Assembly: GCA_046313635.1 (NCBI GenBank) | Contig: JBKBYA010000001.1 | Span: 288,001 to 352,000, forward strand | Source of the DNA: Pyrinomonadaceae bacterium | GTDB lineage: Bacteria; Acidobacteriota; Blastocatellia; Pyrinomonadales; Pyrinomonadaceae | DNA length: 64,000 nucleotides | Direction of reading: 5' to 3' | Shown: piece after piece, positions 10,503-19,820 of the stretch | How positions within the stretch are numbered: the first letter of the stretch is position 1 | Layout of the letters: each line of letters starts with the position of its first letter | The notes under the pieces: model-generated | Seen by the model: only the letters and a program-made list of their open reading frames with translations | The model's database searches: none | Told to the model about the DNA's origin: nothing | Made by a program: the position numbers and the translations under genes

Positions 10503-10746
10503 GAATGGTAAATGGTAAATGGTAAATGGTGAAGTGTGAGTGGTGAGGTGTGAAAGGTGAGTTGAACGGTAAATGACAAACGGTAAATGGTAAACGGAAA
10601 ATGGTAGATCGGTGTGATGACCTGTGAATACGAGCGGTGAATGATAGACGCTCTTCTCGCCGCGCAAGCATTTACCGTTTACCATTTACCGCTCACCGTT
10701 ACTGCCTGATTTACTATTCCCGATTCACGATTTACCATTTACCACT
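10503..10746. repeat. Inverted 7-mer tandem arrays (AAATGGT)n ... (ACCATTT)n
   Basis: Degenerate heptamer units fill the divergent intergenic region between thyA and the next ORF. Confidence 0.85.
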
Positions 10747-10747
10747 T

Positions 10748-11236
10748 ATGCTGGAGGTCAGCTTTAACTCACCCCAATGCGGATGGATGTCGATCGGTTT
10801 CGATGACGGGCGGAACGAGTTTCACACGACGACCGCGCACGCGCCGCACGCAAACGCTCTACCCGAATTGCTGCGCATCCTGACCGATATCGCGACGAAA
10901 GGCAGAAACCCGACCGGCAGGGAGGGTGTCGGCCCAGAAGAGTACGTACTTCGGTGGAACCGCGACCCGGAGGAGTTCGATTTTCGCTTCGTGCGCAGCG
11001 AGGGCGGCAGTGTTCTCTTCGAGGTCTACCAGTACGCGAGCGAGGAACGCGACCTCGCGACACGCGAGCTTGTCTTCACGCATCTCGGCGATGTGCGAGA
11101 GCTCTGCAGTGCGTTCGCCGAGACCTTCGAGCGGTTGTACGCCGACCGCGAGACCGACGAGTTCGAATTCAACTGGCGCCAGCCGTTTCCGTACCTCGAG
11201 TTCGAAGAATTCAAAAGCGCTGTTAACCGCGGATAA
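10748..11236 (+). CDS. Hypothetical protein
   Basis: Host-like codon usage from ATG 10748; the upstream extension in the ORF track is repeat-derived. Confidence 0.75.
   Translation: MLEVSFNSPQCGWMSIGFDDGRNEFHTTTAHAPHANALPELLRILTDIATKGRNPTGREGVGPEEYVLRWNRDPEEFDFRFVRSEGGSVLFEVYQYASEERDLATRELVFTHLGDVRELCSAFAETFERLYADRETDEFEFNWRQPFPYLEFEEFKSAVNRG
10901..10928 (+). repeat. REP-like hairpin inside a CDS
   Basis: GGCAGAA-ACCC-GA-CC-GGCA-GG-GA-GGGT-G; homologous to 13215-13242 on the minus strand. Confidence 0.7.
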
Positions 11237-11313
11237 CGCGGATGACGCAGATAAGAAACCAGATGAGCCAGTCCCTTTTAGTGATCTGCGCTATCTGCGT
11301 CATCCGCGGTTAA
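11223..11313. repeat. Inverted 9-mer tandem arrays (CGCRGATRA)3 ... (ATCYGCGnn)3
   Basis: TTAACCGCGGAT...ATCCGCGGTTAA ends; the left arm contains the upstream stop codon. Confidence 0.85.
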
Positions 11314-11319
11314 AGATCG

Positions 11320-12315
11320 ATGAAAGAAAGACTTTTAGACCTGCTCGCCTGTCCGACCTGCGGCGGCGATATCAACCTCTCGTACGCGAGCAAGTACGAG
11401 GGCCGCGAGATAATCGACGGCGTGCTCAACTGCCAGAAGTGCTCGCGCGAGTATAAGGTCGTGCGCGGCGTGCCGCGGTTTGCCGACCTCGGCAAGATCG
11501 AGGAGGACAAGGCCGCGACGGCCGAGAACTTCGGCTGGCAGTGGACCAACTTCACGCAGGAGGACGAGAAGTACGCGGATCAGTTTCTCGGCTGGCTGCA
11601 GCCGGTGAAGCCGGAATTCTTTAAGGACAAGATCGTCCTCGAGGGCGGCTGCGGCAAGGGTCGTCATACGAAGCTCGCCGCCGAATGGGGAGCGAAAGAG
11701 ATCGTCGGCATCGATCTCGGCGCGGGAGTCGAATCTGCATTTCAGCTCACGCGCGACCTGCCGAATGCGCATATCATCCAGTGCGACATCTTTAAGCTCC
11801 CGCTCAAACGGGCGTTCGACTACGCCTTCAGCGTCGGCGTGCTGCACCACACGCCCGACCCAAAGCGTGCCTTTCTCTCGCTCGCTTCAAAGGTCAAAAA
11901 AGGCGGTCACATCTCGGCCTGGATCTACGGTGCCGAGAACAACGAGTGGATCACAAAATACGTCGACCCGATCCGCACCGGCTTTACATCGCGGATCAGC
12001 CAGCCGCTGCTCTACCAGCTCTCAAAGCTGCCGACCTTGAGCCTCTTTCTCGGCACAAAGCTCGTCTATCGGCCGGCCAACATCCTCGCCAAGCCGCTCG
12101 CACGGCATCTCTTTTACAACGACTATCTGAATCACCTCGCCGACTTTGGCTGGCGCGAGCAGCACAATATCGTGTTTGACCATCTCGTAGCGCCGACGGC
12201 CTTTTACATCTCGCGGCCGGATTTTGAAGAGTGGTGGAAAGAGATCGACGCGCAGGACGTCGAGATCACCTGGCACAACCAGAACAGCTGGTGCGGATTT
12301 GGGAAGGTCGTTTGA
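11320..12315 (+). CDS. Class I SAM methyltransferase with N-terminal Trm112-like zinc finger
   Basis: LLACPTCGG...CQKCSREYKVVRGVPRF; VLEGGCGKGR and GVLHHTPDP. Confidence 0.85.
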   Translation: MKERLLDLLACPTCGGDINLSYASKYEGREIIDGVLNCQKCSREYKVVRGVPRFADLGKIEEDKAATAENFGWQWTNFTQEDEKYADQFLGWLQPVKPEFFKDKIVLEGGCGKGRHTKLAAEWGAKEIVGIDLGAGVESAFQLTRDLPNAHIIQCDIFKLPLKRAFDYAFSVGVLHHTPDPKRAFLSLASKVKKGGHISAWIYGAENNEWITKYVDPIRTGFTSRISQPLLYQLSKLPTLSLFLGTKLVYRPANILAKPLARHLFYNDYLNHLADFGWREQHNIVFDHLVAPTAFYISRPDFEEWWKEIDAQDVEITWHNQNSWCGFGKVV

Positions 12316-12333
12316 ACCGCAGGGAAAAGGCAG

Positions 12334-12411
12334 CCACAGATGAACTCAGATGGACACGGATAAGAAGATAATTTCTTGCTTCCATCTGAGTTCGTCTGTG
12401 TTTATCTGTGG
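12334..12411. repeat. Inverted 10-mer tandem arrays
   Basis: CCACAGATGA ACTCAGATGG ACACGGATAA ... CCATCTGAGT TCGTCTGTGT TTATCTGTGG. Confidence 0.85.
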
Positions 12412-12446
12412 TTTAGGCCTTTCCGAGTCTGCTTGGAGTTCAGTTG

Positions 12447-13091
12447 ATGAAATTCGGACACGGCATTCAGGATAAATACCGCGATTCGATCAAGCGTGCG
12501 TTCAACACGATCCACGAATTCGGCAGCGATTCGCACCGCGAGGTCGTCGAGCTGATACTCGAATCGAATATGCTCATCCGCGTCGAGCCTGTCAGTAAGA
12601 TCAACGCCTCTGGCGTGACGGGTCTGATCGATGCGGGCGACACGAATGACCGGATCGCCGACGAGCGTCTGAGCGTGCGCGAGGCGTTTGACGAGATCTA
12701 CATCGCGATCGCCGAAGAGACTATCGACACCGGCGGGCAGCGCGGCTGCGAGGGGACATTTGTGCACGAGGGACAGCACGCTTTGGATTTTGCGCGCACC
12801 ATAGCGAGCTTTTCCGACGCTGACTATCATCCGCTGAGCGTCTTTGACCCGACGCTGTACGAGCTCGAATGGGCGGCTCACGTTACGTCTGGCGAATATA
12901 TGCTCCGCGTCGCGCGTAACGAGTACATCGCCGAGGGACTCGATCTGCTCATCCTCGGCCGCGCCGCTTCGGGTGGCTGCTTTTTGAATCACGAAGGCAT
13001 CCGCGCACGCCTCCGCGACAACTACGGTCTCGATCCCGAGACCAAACCGGGCAAGCTCGCAAGCGAGCTGCTCGGCCTCAGGCCGAAGTAA
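12447..13091 (+). CDS. Hypothetical protein with HExxH motif (possible zincin)
   Basis: FVHEGQHA with a downstream ELEWAAH glutamate; GGAG RBS. Confidence 0.65.
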   Translation: MKFGHGIQDKYRDSIKRAFNTIHEFGSDSHREVVELILESNMLIRVEPVSKINASGVTGLIDAGDTNDRIADERLSVREAFDEIYIAIAEETIDTGGQRGCEGTFVHEGQHALDFARTIASFSDADYHPLSVFDPTLYELEWAAHVTSGEYMLRVARNEYIAEGLDLLILGRAASGGCFLNHEGIRARLRDNYGLDPETKPGKLASELLGLRPK

Positions 13092-13092
13092 C

Positions 13093-13207
13093 GGCAGGAG
13101 GCAGAACACAGAAATCAGAAGTCAGAAGTCAGAAATCAGAAATCGGAAATCAGGACAAGAGGTTCGGGCCCCAAGTTCTGTGTTTTGAATTCTGTCTTCT
13201 GAATTCT
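13093..13207. repeat. Inverted 7-mer tandem arrays (TCAGAAR)n ... (TTCTGnn)n
   Basis: CAGAAATCAGAAGTCAGAAGTCAGAAATCAGAAATCGGAAATCAGG ... TTCTGTGTTTTGAATTCTGTCTTCTGAATTCT. Confidence 0.85.
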
Positions 13208-13214
13208 AGGCTCG

Positions 13215-13242
13215 CACACTCGCTACCGCTCGTGTTTCTGCC
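13215..13242 (-). repeat. REP-like hairpin
   Basis: GGCAGAA-ACAC-GA-GC-GGTA-GC-GA-GTGT-G; compensatory variant of 10901-10928. Confidence 0.7.
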
Positions 13243-13265
13243 TTTTGTGGCAAACTAGTATGCGT

Positions 13266-14039
13266 ATGAATACCACCCTTCCGCAGGAGATGCAGCAGCA
13301 CACCTACGCCATCATGGACGAGGTCGAAGGCTCGCATTGGTGGTTCGTCGGCCGGCGGGCGATCCTCGAGACCTTCCTGCGGCAGATAATCCAAAATCCA
13401 AAATCTAAAATCCAAAATCCAAAGATTCTGGACGTCGGCTGCGGCACGGGCGCGAATCTGGAAATGCTCAAGCAGTTTGGCGAGGCCGAGGGCGTTGACG
13501 TCTCGGATGATGCCCTTGAGTTTTGCAGACGAAAGGGTCTGAAGGTGCAGAAAGGTCTTGCCGAGCGCTTGCCTTTCGACGACGAGACATTCGACCTGAC
13601 GACCGCGCTCGACGTGGTCGAGCATCTTGACGATGATGTCGCCGGATTGAAAGAGATGTTTCGCGTGACTAGGAGTGGCGGCTACTCGCTCGTCTTCGTC
13701 CCGGCATTTATGTGGCTCTGGGGTGTACAGGACGACGTCTCGAATCACCGCATCCGCTACACCAAACGGCAGATCGTCGAGCGTCTCGAAAAGGCCGGCT
13801 ACACTATCGAACGCGCGACCTACGCCAACTGGACGTTCTTTGCCCCGATCCTCGCCGGCCGCACGCTGATGAAGCTGACGGGCATCAAGCCCGAGTCCGA
13901 AAACAACGTCAACATCTCGGCGCTCAACGGCATTTTCGGCAAGCTCTTCGCGTCCGAAAGTCTCTGGCTCAAGAAATTCAATTTCCCCTTCGGCGTCTCG
14001 ATAGTCGTCGTCGCCAAAAAGTCAGGACCGCCTTCCTAA
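13266..14039 (+). CDS. Class I SAM methyltransferase (Methyltransf_11-like) carrying an in-frame heptamer array
   Basis: HWWFVGRR, ILDVGCGTG, LDVVEHL and HRIRY; (AATCYAA)5 at 13388-13422. Confidence 0.88.
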   Translation: MNTTLPQEMQQHTYAIMDEVEGSHWWFVGRRAILETFLRQIIQNPKSKIQNPKILDVGCGTGANLEMLKQFGEAEGVDVSDDALEFCRRKGLKVQKGLAERLPFDDETFDLTTALDVVEHLDDDVAGLKEMFRVTRSGGYSLVFVPAFMWLWGVQDDVSNHRIRYTKRQIVERLEKAGYTIERATYANWTFFAPILAGRTLMKLTGIKPESENNVNISALNGIFGKLFASESLWLKKFNFPFGVSIVVVAKKSGPPS

Positions 14040-14070
14040 TGCGGATTGCGGAATGCGGATCTCGGAATGA
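14038..14070 (+). repeat. 7-mer tandem array (ATGCGGA-like), overlapping a stop codon
   Basis: AATGCGG ATTGCGG AATGCGG ATCTCGG AATG. Confidence 0.65.
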
Positions 14071-14174
14071 AAACAAGCGTCGTCTAGTTACTGTCGCCCA
14101 TTCGGATCCGCCGAACTGGCCCGCCGCTTGTGGCGGGTTCCGACCGGAATCACAGCCCCCGCTTAGAGGAAGCT

Positions 14175-14543
14175 ATGGAACCCGACCCGTCCGATTTTTA
14201 CTGCGTCGAGGTGCTCAGCGGCCGAACGCCTGTCGAGCGCGTTTACGAGACCGACAACGTCCTGGCCTATCACCACACGCGGCCATTCTGGGAGACGCAC
14301 ATCGTCGTCATCCCCAAGCGGCACATCTCGTCGCTGCTGGCTTTGGACGAATCTGATCGAGACGTATTGCTGGAGCTTTTCGACGTGATCAAAAAGGTCG
14401 CGGCCGACGTCGTCGCCGAACGCGGAGCCGCGCGCGTGCTGACAAATCTCGGCGACTACCAGGAATCAAAGCATCTGCACTTTCACGTCAACTCGGGCGA
14501 GCAGGTCCGACCCGATCAGTTCAGCGTTCACCTCACGATGTGA
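14175..14543 (+). CDS. HIT-family protein
   Basis: HIVVIPKRHI and HLHFHV histidine triad; GAGGA RBS. Confidence 0.88.
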   Translation: MEPDPSDFYCVEVLSGRTPVERVYETDNVLAYHHTRPFWETHIVVIPKRHISSLLALDESDRDVLLELFDVIKKVAADVVAERGAARVLTNLGDYQESKHLHFHVNSGEQVRPDQFSVHLTM

Positions 14544-15588
14544 AGTGGCTGCGCGTCTCGAATACCTTTCCGTCGGGAAACTGCGCATTCGTCACTGCAA
14601 AACTGAAGCCCTTTTGTATCGCAAAGCCGCCGATCTCGCCGCGCTTTGAGATCGCGACAAAGCCGACCTGAAATTCCTTCGCCTTGGCCGGGTCACGCTT
14701 GACGATTCGCCTCACGGCCTCGCGGCAGGCCTGCTCGGGCGTGCGGCCGAAACGCATCTGCTCGATTACGGTATGCGTGCCGCAGATGCGGATGACCTCT
14801 TCGCCGACGCCGGAGCTCACCGCCGCGCCGACCTCGTTGTCGACAAAAAGTCCCGCCCCGATTATCGGCGAATCGCCGACGCGGCCGTGCATCTTAAATG
14901 CCATTCCGCTGGTCGTCACCATTCCCGAGAGGTCGCCTCCAGCGTCCATCGCGACCGTGCCCATCGTGTCGTGATTTGCGCGGCCGTCGTCGAAGAAGTA
15001 CGGCGGTGCGATCTGCAAAACCTCGCCGCGGGAGCGTTTGTTCTCTATGTTGATGACCGGTTTGTAATTCGACTTTTTGAGCCAGTTTTCCCACTCTTTG
15101 CGGGCGTCGGGTGAGAGCTCACCGGATTCGAGCGGGAAGCCGCTTTCGACGGCGAATCGCCTTGCACCCTCGCCCGAGAGCATCACGTGCGGCGTCGTCT
15201 CCATCACCTTTCGCGCGACAGAGACGGGATGCTTGATGCGATCGAGGAATGAAACTGCGCCGATATTCGCGCGTTCGTCCATGATGCACGAGTCGAGCGT
15301 GACGACGCCGTCACGGTCGGGATACGCACCGAGTCCGACGCAGCAGCTCATTTCGTCCTCGGCGGCGCGGCCCGCGGCCTCGACAGCGTCGAGCGCACGG
15401 CCGCCTTTTGAAAGCGTCGGCCAGCCCCCGGCGTTTGCGCGAATGCCGCTGTCCCAGGTCGAGACGATGACGGGCCACTTAACCCGCGCGGTCGAGCGGA
15501 CCTCGAATTTTTGCTGTCCAAACGCGCGGCCCGCGGCCAGCAGCGGCAGACCTATCAGCGGCAACTCCAAAAAGCGGCGACGATCCAT
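14533..15588 (-). CDS. N4-(beta-N-acetylglucosaminyl)-L-asparaginase (Ntn hydrolase), Tat-exported
   Basis: MDRRRFL Tat motif; HD|TMGTVA autocleavage site, TSGMAFKMHGRVGDSPIIGAG. Confidence 0.9.
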   Translation of the reverse strand: MDRRRFLELPLIGLPLLAAGRAFGQQKFEVRSTARVKWPVIVSTWDSGIRANAGGWPTLSKGGRALDAVEAAGRAAEDEMSCCVGLGAYPDRDGVVTLDSCIMDERANIGAVSFLDRIKHPVSVARKVMETTPHVMLSGEGARRFAVESGFPLESGELSPDARKEWENWLKKSNYKPVINIENKRSRGEVLQIAPPYFFDDGRANHDTMGTVAMDAGGDLSGMVTTSGMAFKMHGRVGDSPIIGAGLFVDNEVGAAVSSGVGEEVIRICGTHTVIEQMRFGRTPEQACREAVRRIVKRDPAKAKEFQVGFVAISKRGEIGGFAIQKGFSFAVTNAQFPDGKVFETRSHFTS

Positions 15589-15709
15589 AATGTGTTTTGT
15601 TCTCCGAGGGCGAAAGCGATCTGGGAGATTATAGCCCGCGGCCGGCTCTTACCTGCTGTATTTTTCGGCATAGAAAGACTAAATTATAAACCTTGCCTCG
15701 TGCCTTGCG

Positions 15710-16699
15710 ATGGACTCAATAGACAACAAGACAGACGCCGCGCCGCAGATATCGCTCTTCTTGCCCGTGCTCGACGAAGAGGAGAATCTTCGCCCGATGC
15801 ACGCAAAGATCCAGGCCGCGCTCGACTCGCTCGGCCGGACCGCGGAGGTGATCTATGTCGACGACGGCTCGACCGACAACTCGCTCAAGATCTTGAAAGA
15901 GCTCGCGGCCGAGGACCAGCGCGTCCGCGTGATCTCGCTTCGCCGGAATTACGGCCAGACCGCCGCGATGTCCGCCGGCATCGACGCCGCTCGCGGCGAG
16001 ATCCTGATCCCGATGGACGCCGACCTGCAGAATGACCCGGCCGACATCGCTCGCTTGCTCGAAAAGCTCGACGAAGGCTACGACGTCGTCTCCGGCTGGC
16101 GCAAGAATCGCCAGGACAAGCTCATCTCGCGCAAGATCCCTTCGCAGATCGCCAACAAGATCATTTCAAAGATCGGCGACGTCCACCTGCACGACTACGG
16201 CTGCTCGCTCAAGGCCTACCGCCGCGACGTGCTCAAGGACGTGCGGCTCTACGGCGAGATGCACCGCTTCATTCCGATCTACGCCTCTTGGGCCGGAGCC
16301 CGCGTGACCGAGATACCGGTCGATCACCACGCCCGCACGGCCGGTAAATCGAAGTACGGAATTTCGCGGACGGTCAAAGTGATCTTTGACCTGATCACGA
16401 TCAAGTTCATGGCCGAGTATCACACGAAGCCGCTTTATGTCTTTGGCGCGTTCGGGATGATCGCATTCATCATCTCGATGCTCGCCGGGCTGTGGGCGAT
16501 CTTTCTCAAGCTCTACTACGGCACGTCGTTCATCCTCACGCCGCTGCCGATCATCGCGATCGTGATGCTGGCGATCTCGGTGCAGTTCTTCCTGATGGGT
16601 TTGCTGGCTGAGCTGCTTGTTCGCACGTACCACGAGTCGCAGGACAAGGCGATCTATGCGGTAAGAGAACGGATCGGCTTCAAGAACGATTTAAACTGA
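15710..16699 (+). CDS. GT2 glycosyltransferase (ArnC/DPM synthase-like)
   Basis: VDDGSTD, RNYGQTAA, MDADLQNDP and GEMHRFIP; two C-terminal TM helices. Confidence 0.92.
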   Translation: MDSIDNKTDAAPQISLFLPVLDEEENLRPMHAKIQAALDSLGRTAEVIYVDDGSTDNSLKILKELAAEDQRVRVISLRRNYGQTAAMSAGIDAARGEILIPMDADLQNDPADIARLLEKLDEGYDVVSGWRKNRQDKLISRKIPSQIANKIISKIGDVHLHDYGCSLKAYRRDVLKDVRLYGEMHRFIPIYASWAGARVTEIPVDHHARTAGKSKYGISRTVKVIFDLITIKFMAEYHTKPLYVFGAFGMIAFIISMLAGLWAIFLKLYYGTSFILTPLPIIAIVMLAISVQFFLMGLLAELLVRTYHESQDKAIYAVRERIGFKNDLN

Positions 16700-16704
16700 T
16701 CCTA

Positions 16705-18603
16705 ATGTGCGGAATCGCTGGCTGGATAAAACTCGATAAAAACGATACGACGCCAAACAGCGAGGCGGTGCTGCACTCGATGTGCGAGCGGATCGTGCAT
16801 CGCGGGCCGGATTCTGAAGGGTTGTGGACGGACGATCAGGTTGCGCTTGGAATGCGGCGGCTGTCGATCATCGATCTGAAGACGGGCGACCAGCCGGTGT
16901 TTAGCTGCGACCGTTCGGTCGTCGTGATGATGAACGGCGAGCTGTACAATTACCGAGAGGTGCGCGGCGAGCTCGAGAAACGCGGTCACAAATTCACGAC
17001 CAAAACAGACACCGAAATCCTTCCGCACCTCTACGAGGAGTACGGCGACGCGCTCGTCGAGCATCTCAACGGGATGTACGCCTTCGCGTTGTGGGACCAG
17101 CGAAAGAGAAAGCTGATCATCGCCCGCGACCGCTTTGGCGAAAAGCCTCTGTACTACGGCATATTCGACGGCAAGCTGATCTACGCGTCGGAGCCGAAAG
17201 CGATCCTCGCCCACGCCGGCGTCAAACCCGAGCTCGATCTCGACGCTCTTCGGCATTACCTCTCGTTCGACTACGTCCCGGCGCCGATGTCGATCTACAA
17301 GGGCGTCAAAAAGCTCCCGGCGGCGCACATCCTCGTCGTCGAGAACGGCGAAGTCCGTACGCGGCGTTACTGGGACCTGAGCTTCCAAAAGAATGGCAAC
17401 GCGCGCTCGTTCGAGGCGGCCGCCGTCGAGTTGAAAGACCTGCTTTCCGACGCCGTCAGGATGCGGCTTGTCTCGGACGTGCCTCTGGGGATTCTGCTCT
17501 CGGGCGGTATCGACTCGTCGACGGTCGCGGCTTTTGCGGTGCGGCACGCGACCGAAAAAGTAAAGACATTCTCGATCGGCTTTGAAGAAGACTCTTTTGA
17601 CGAATCAAAATACGCTCGGCAAGTAGCACAGCATCTCGGCACGGAGCACTATGAAGACAAACTCAGCGCCGCGACGGCCGGCGATCTTATCTCAGAGATC
17701 GGCACGTGGCTCGACGAGCCTCTGTCCGACGGCTCGCTGATACCGACATTCCTGCTCGCACGATTCGTACGCAAGCACGTGACGGTCGCTCTCGGCGGCG
17801 ACGGCGGCGACGAGCTGTTTGCGGGTTACCCGATGTACTACGCGCACAAGGTCGCGGCGTACTACCGGTCGATACCGAGATTCCTGCGCGCCGGTCTGAT
17901 CGAGCCCGTCGTCAACGCTCTGCCGGTGTCGACACGGAATATGTCGTTCGACTACAAGGCGAAGCGGTTTGTCCGCGCGGCGAATCACGATTCGGTCACG
18001 CGGCATCATTCGTGGTTCGGCTCGTTCGCGATCGAGCAGCACGAGCAGCTACTGACGCGCGACGTGCTCGACGCGTCGAACGGCGACATTTACCGCGGGG
18101 CCCGCGAGATGCTCGGCCACGTCTCGACCGCCGACGAGATCGAGCAGATGCAGTACCTCGACGTCAATTTCTACATGGCCGAGGACATCCTGACCAAGGT
18201 CGACCGCGCGGCGATGGCCGTAAGCCTGGAGACGCGAGCGCCGTTTCTCGACCCGCGTGTCGGCGAGTTTGCGATGTCGATATCCGTCGAGTACAAATTG
18301 CGCGGCAGCAAGGGAAAGTACATTCTCAAAGAGGCTGTCAGAGACCTCCTGCCGCACGAGATATTGAGCCGTCCGAAGAAAGGCTTTGGCATCCCGATCG
18401 CCGAATGGCTCAAAGGCCGCCTCAATCCGCTGCTTCACGATATGCTCGCGCCGTCGCGGCTCGAGCGGCAGGGGCTCTTCAACGCCGAATACGTCCAAAC
18501 GCTCATTCGCGAGCACGAATCCGGCGCCGCCAGCCATCACAAAGAGCTATGGACGCTGCTCGTCTTCGAGCTCTGGGCGGACAACTTTCTCAGCCGGGCC
18601 TGA
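16705..18603 (+). CDS. asnB: Asparagine synthase (glutamine-hydrolysing) family amidotransferase
   Basis: MCGIAG, HRGPD, RRLSIID, LSGGIDSS, GDGGDELFAGY and KKGF. Confidence 0.93.
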   Translation: MCGIAGWIKLDKNDTTPNSEAVLHSMCERIVHRGPDSEGLWTDDQVALGMRRLSIIDLKTGDQPVFSCDRSVVVMMNGELYNYREVRGELEKRGHKFTTKTDTEILPHLYEEYGDALVEHLNGMYAFALWDQRKRKLIIARDRFGEKPLYYGIFDGKLIYASEPKAILAHAGVKPELDLDALRHYLSFDYVPAPMSIYKGVKKLPAAHILVVENGEVRTRRYWDLSFQKNGNARSFEAAAVELKDLLSDAVRMRLVSDVPLGILLSGGIDSSTVAAFAVRHATEKVKTFSIGFEEDSFDESKYARQVAQHLGTEHYEDKLSAATAGDLISEIGTWLDEPLSDGSLIPTFLLARFVRKHVTVALGGDGGDELFAGYPMYYAHKVAAYYRSIPRFLRAGLIEPVVNALPVSTRNMSFDYKAKRFVRAANHDSVTRHHSWFGSFAIEQHEQLLTRDVLDASNGDIYRGAREMLGHVSTADEIEQMQYLDVNFYMAEDILTKVDRAAMAVSLETRAPFLDPRVGEFAMSISVEYKLRGSKGKYILKEAVRDLLPHEILSRPKKGFGIPIAEWLKGRLNPLLHDMLAPSRLERQGLFNAEYVQTLIREHESGAASHHKELWTLLVFELWADNFLSRA

Positions 18604-18606
18604 CCT

Positions 18607-18690
18607 TTATCTCTCATCTATCATCTTTCATCTATTTCGAAAGGTCCGGCCGCTTGGCTCGGAATAGATGAGAGACGATAGATGAAAGAG
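18607..18690. repeat. Inverted 7-mer tandem arrays (TCATCTn)n ... (nAGATGA)n
   Basis: TTATCTC TCATCTA TCATCTT TCATCTA ... TAGATGA GAGACGA TAGATGA AAGAG. Confidence 0.8.
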
Positions 18691-18752
18691 TCACGGGGCG
18701 ACGACGCGATCGATTTTTCCATCGCTTGTCGGTTCGGCTATCATTCCAACAT

Positions 18753-19712
18753 ATGAAAACACTCTATCCGGAGATCGAACCCTTTGATTCAGGCATGCTC
18801 AAGGTCTCGGATCTCCACGAGATCTACTGGGAGCGGGTGGGCAATCCGAACGGCATCCCGGTCGTTTTTCTTCACGGAGGACCGGGCGGCGGTCTGATCC
18901 CGATGTACCGGCAGTTCTTTGATCCGCAGGCGTATCACGTCATTCTTTTTGACCAGCGCGGCTCGGGGCGTTCGACGCCGCATTCGGAGCTCAAGGAGAA
19001 TACGACCTGGGACCTGATCAACGATATCGAGGCGCTGCGTGAGAAGTTCGGGATCGACAAATGGTACGTCTTTGGCGGGTCGTGGGGCTCGACGCTGAGC
19101 TTGGCCTACGCGGTCAATCATCCCGACCGCTGTTTGGGTCTGATCCTGCGCGGGATCTTCCTGACACGCCGCAAAGAGCTCGAGTGGTTTTACCAGTACG
19201 GCGCTTCGGAGATCTTCCCCGATTATTGGGAACGCTTCCGCGACGAGATACCCGAGGACGAACGAGGCGATTTCATCTCGGCATATTACAAGCGTCTTAC
19301 GAGCGACGACCCGGAGGTCCGCCTCTCGGCCGCGCGCGCGTGGAGCGTGTGGGAGGGCGCGACCTCAAAGCTCTATCCCGACCAGGGCCTGATGGACCAT
19401 TGGGAGGGCGAGCACGAGGCGCTGAGCCTCGCGCGCATCGAGTGTCATTACTTTATGAACAACTCGTTCTTCCCGTCGGAGAATTACCTGCTCGAGAATG
19501 TCGATAAGATCCGCGGCATCCCGACCGTCATCGTGCAGGGCCGCTACGATGTGGTCTGCCCGATGACGTCCGCGTGGGACCTGCACCGGGCGTTTCCGGA
19601 GGCGGAATTCATCGTAGTCCCCGACGCCGGGCACTCGGTTTCTGAAAAGGGAATTACCGCGGCGCTGGTCGATGCGATGGACAGATTCAAGGGCACGGCC
19701 GCGGCCTCGTGA
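18753..19712 (+). CDS. pip: Prolyl aminopeptidase
   Basis: HGGPGGG, FDQRGSGRS, GGSWGS, GRYDVVCP and AGHS. Confidence 0.95.
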   Translation: MKTLYPEIEPFDSGMLKVSDLHEIYWERVGNPNGIPVVFLHGGPGGGLIPMYRQFFDPQAYHVILFDQRGSGRSTPHSELKENTTWDLINDIEALREKFGIDKWYVFGGSWGSTLSLAYAVNHPDRCLGLILRGIFLTRRKELEWFYQYGASEIFPDYWERFRDEIPEDERGDFISAYYKRLTSDDPEVRLSAARAWSVWEGATSKLYPDQGLMDHWEGEHEALSLARIECHYFMNNSFFPSENYLLENVDKIRGIPTVIVQGRYDVVCPMTSAWDLHRAFPEAEFIVVPDAGHSVSEKGITAALVDAMDRFKGTAAAS

Positions 19713-19820
19713 CGTGGCAAATCGGGCGAATCGGCGTAAGATGATTCATTGTCGGCGGGACTCTTGACGAGAAACGTCCTGCCCGCCGTCAGCGTCAGTC
19801 AGACGGACGAGATCAAACGT

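Noticed and set aside
10453..10747. ORF extensions rich in FTIYHLP for thyA and its neighbour
   Set aside because: Translation products of heptamer arrays; the conserved proteins begin at 10493 and 10748.
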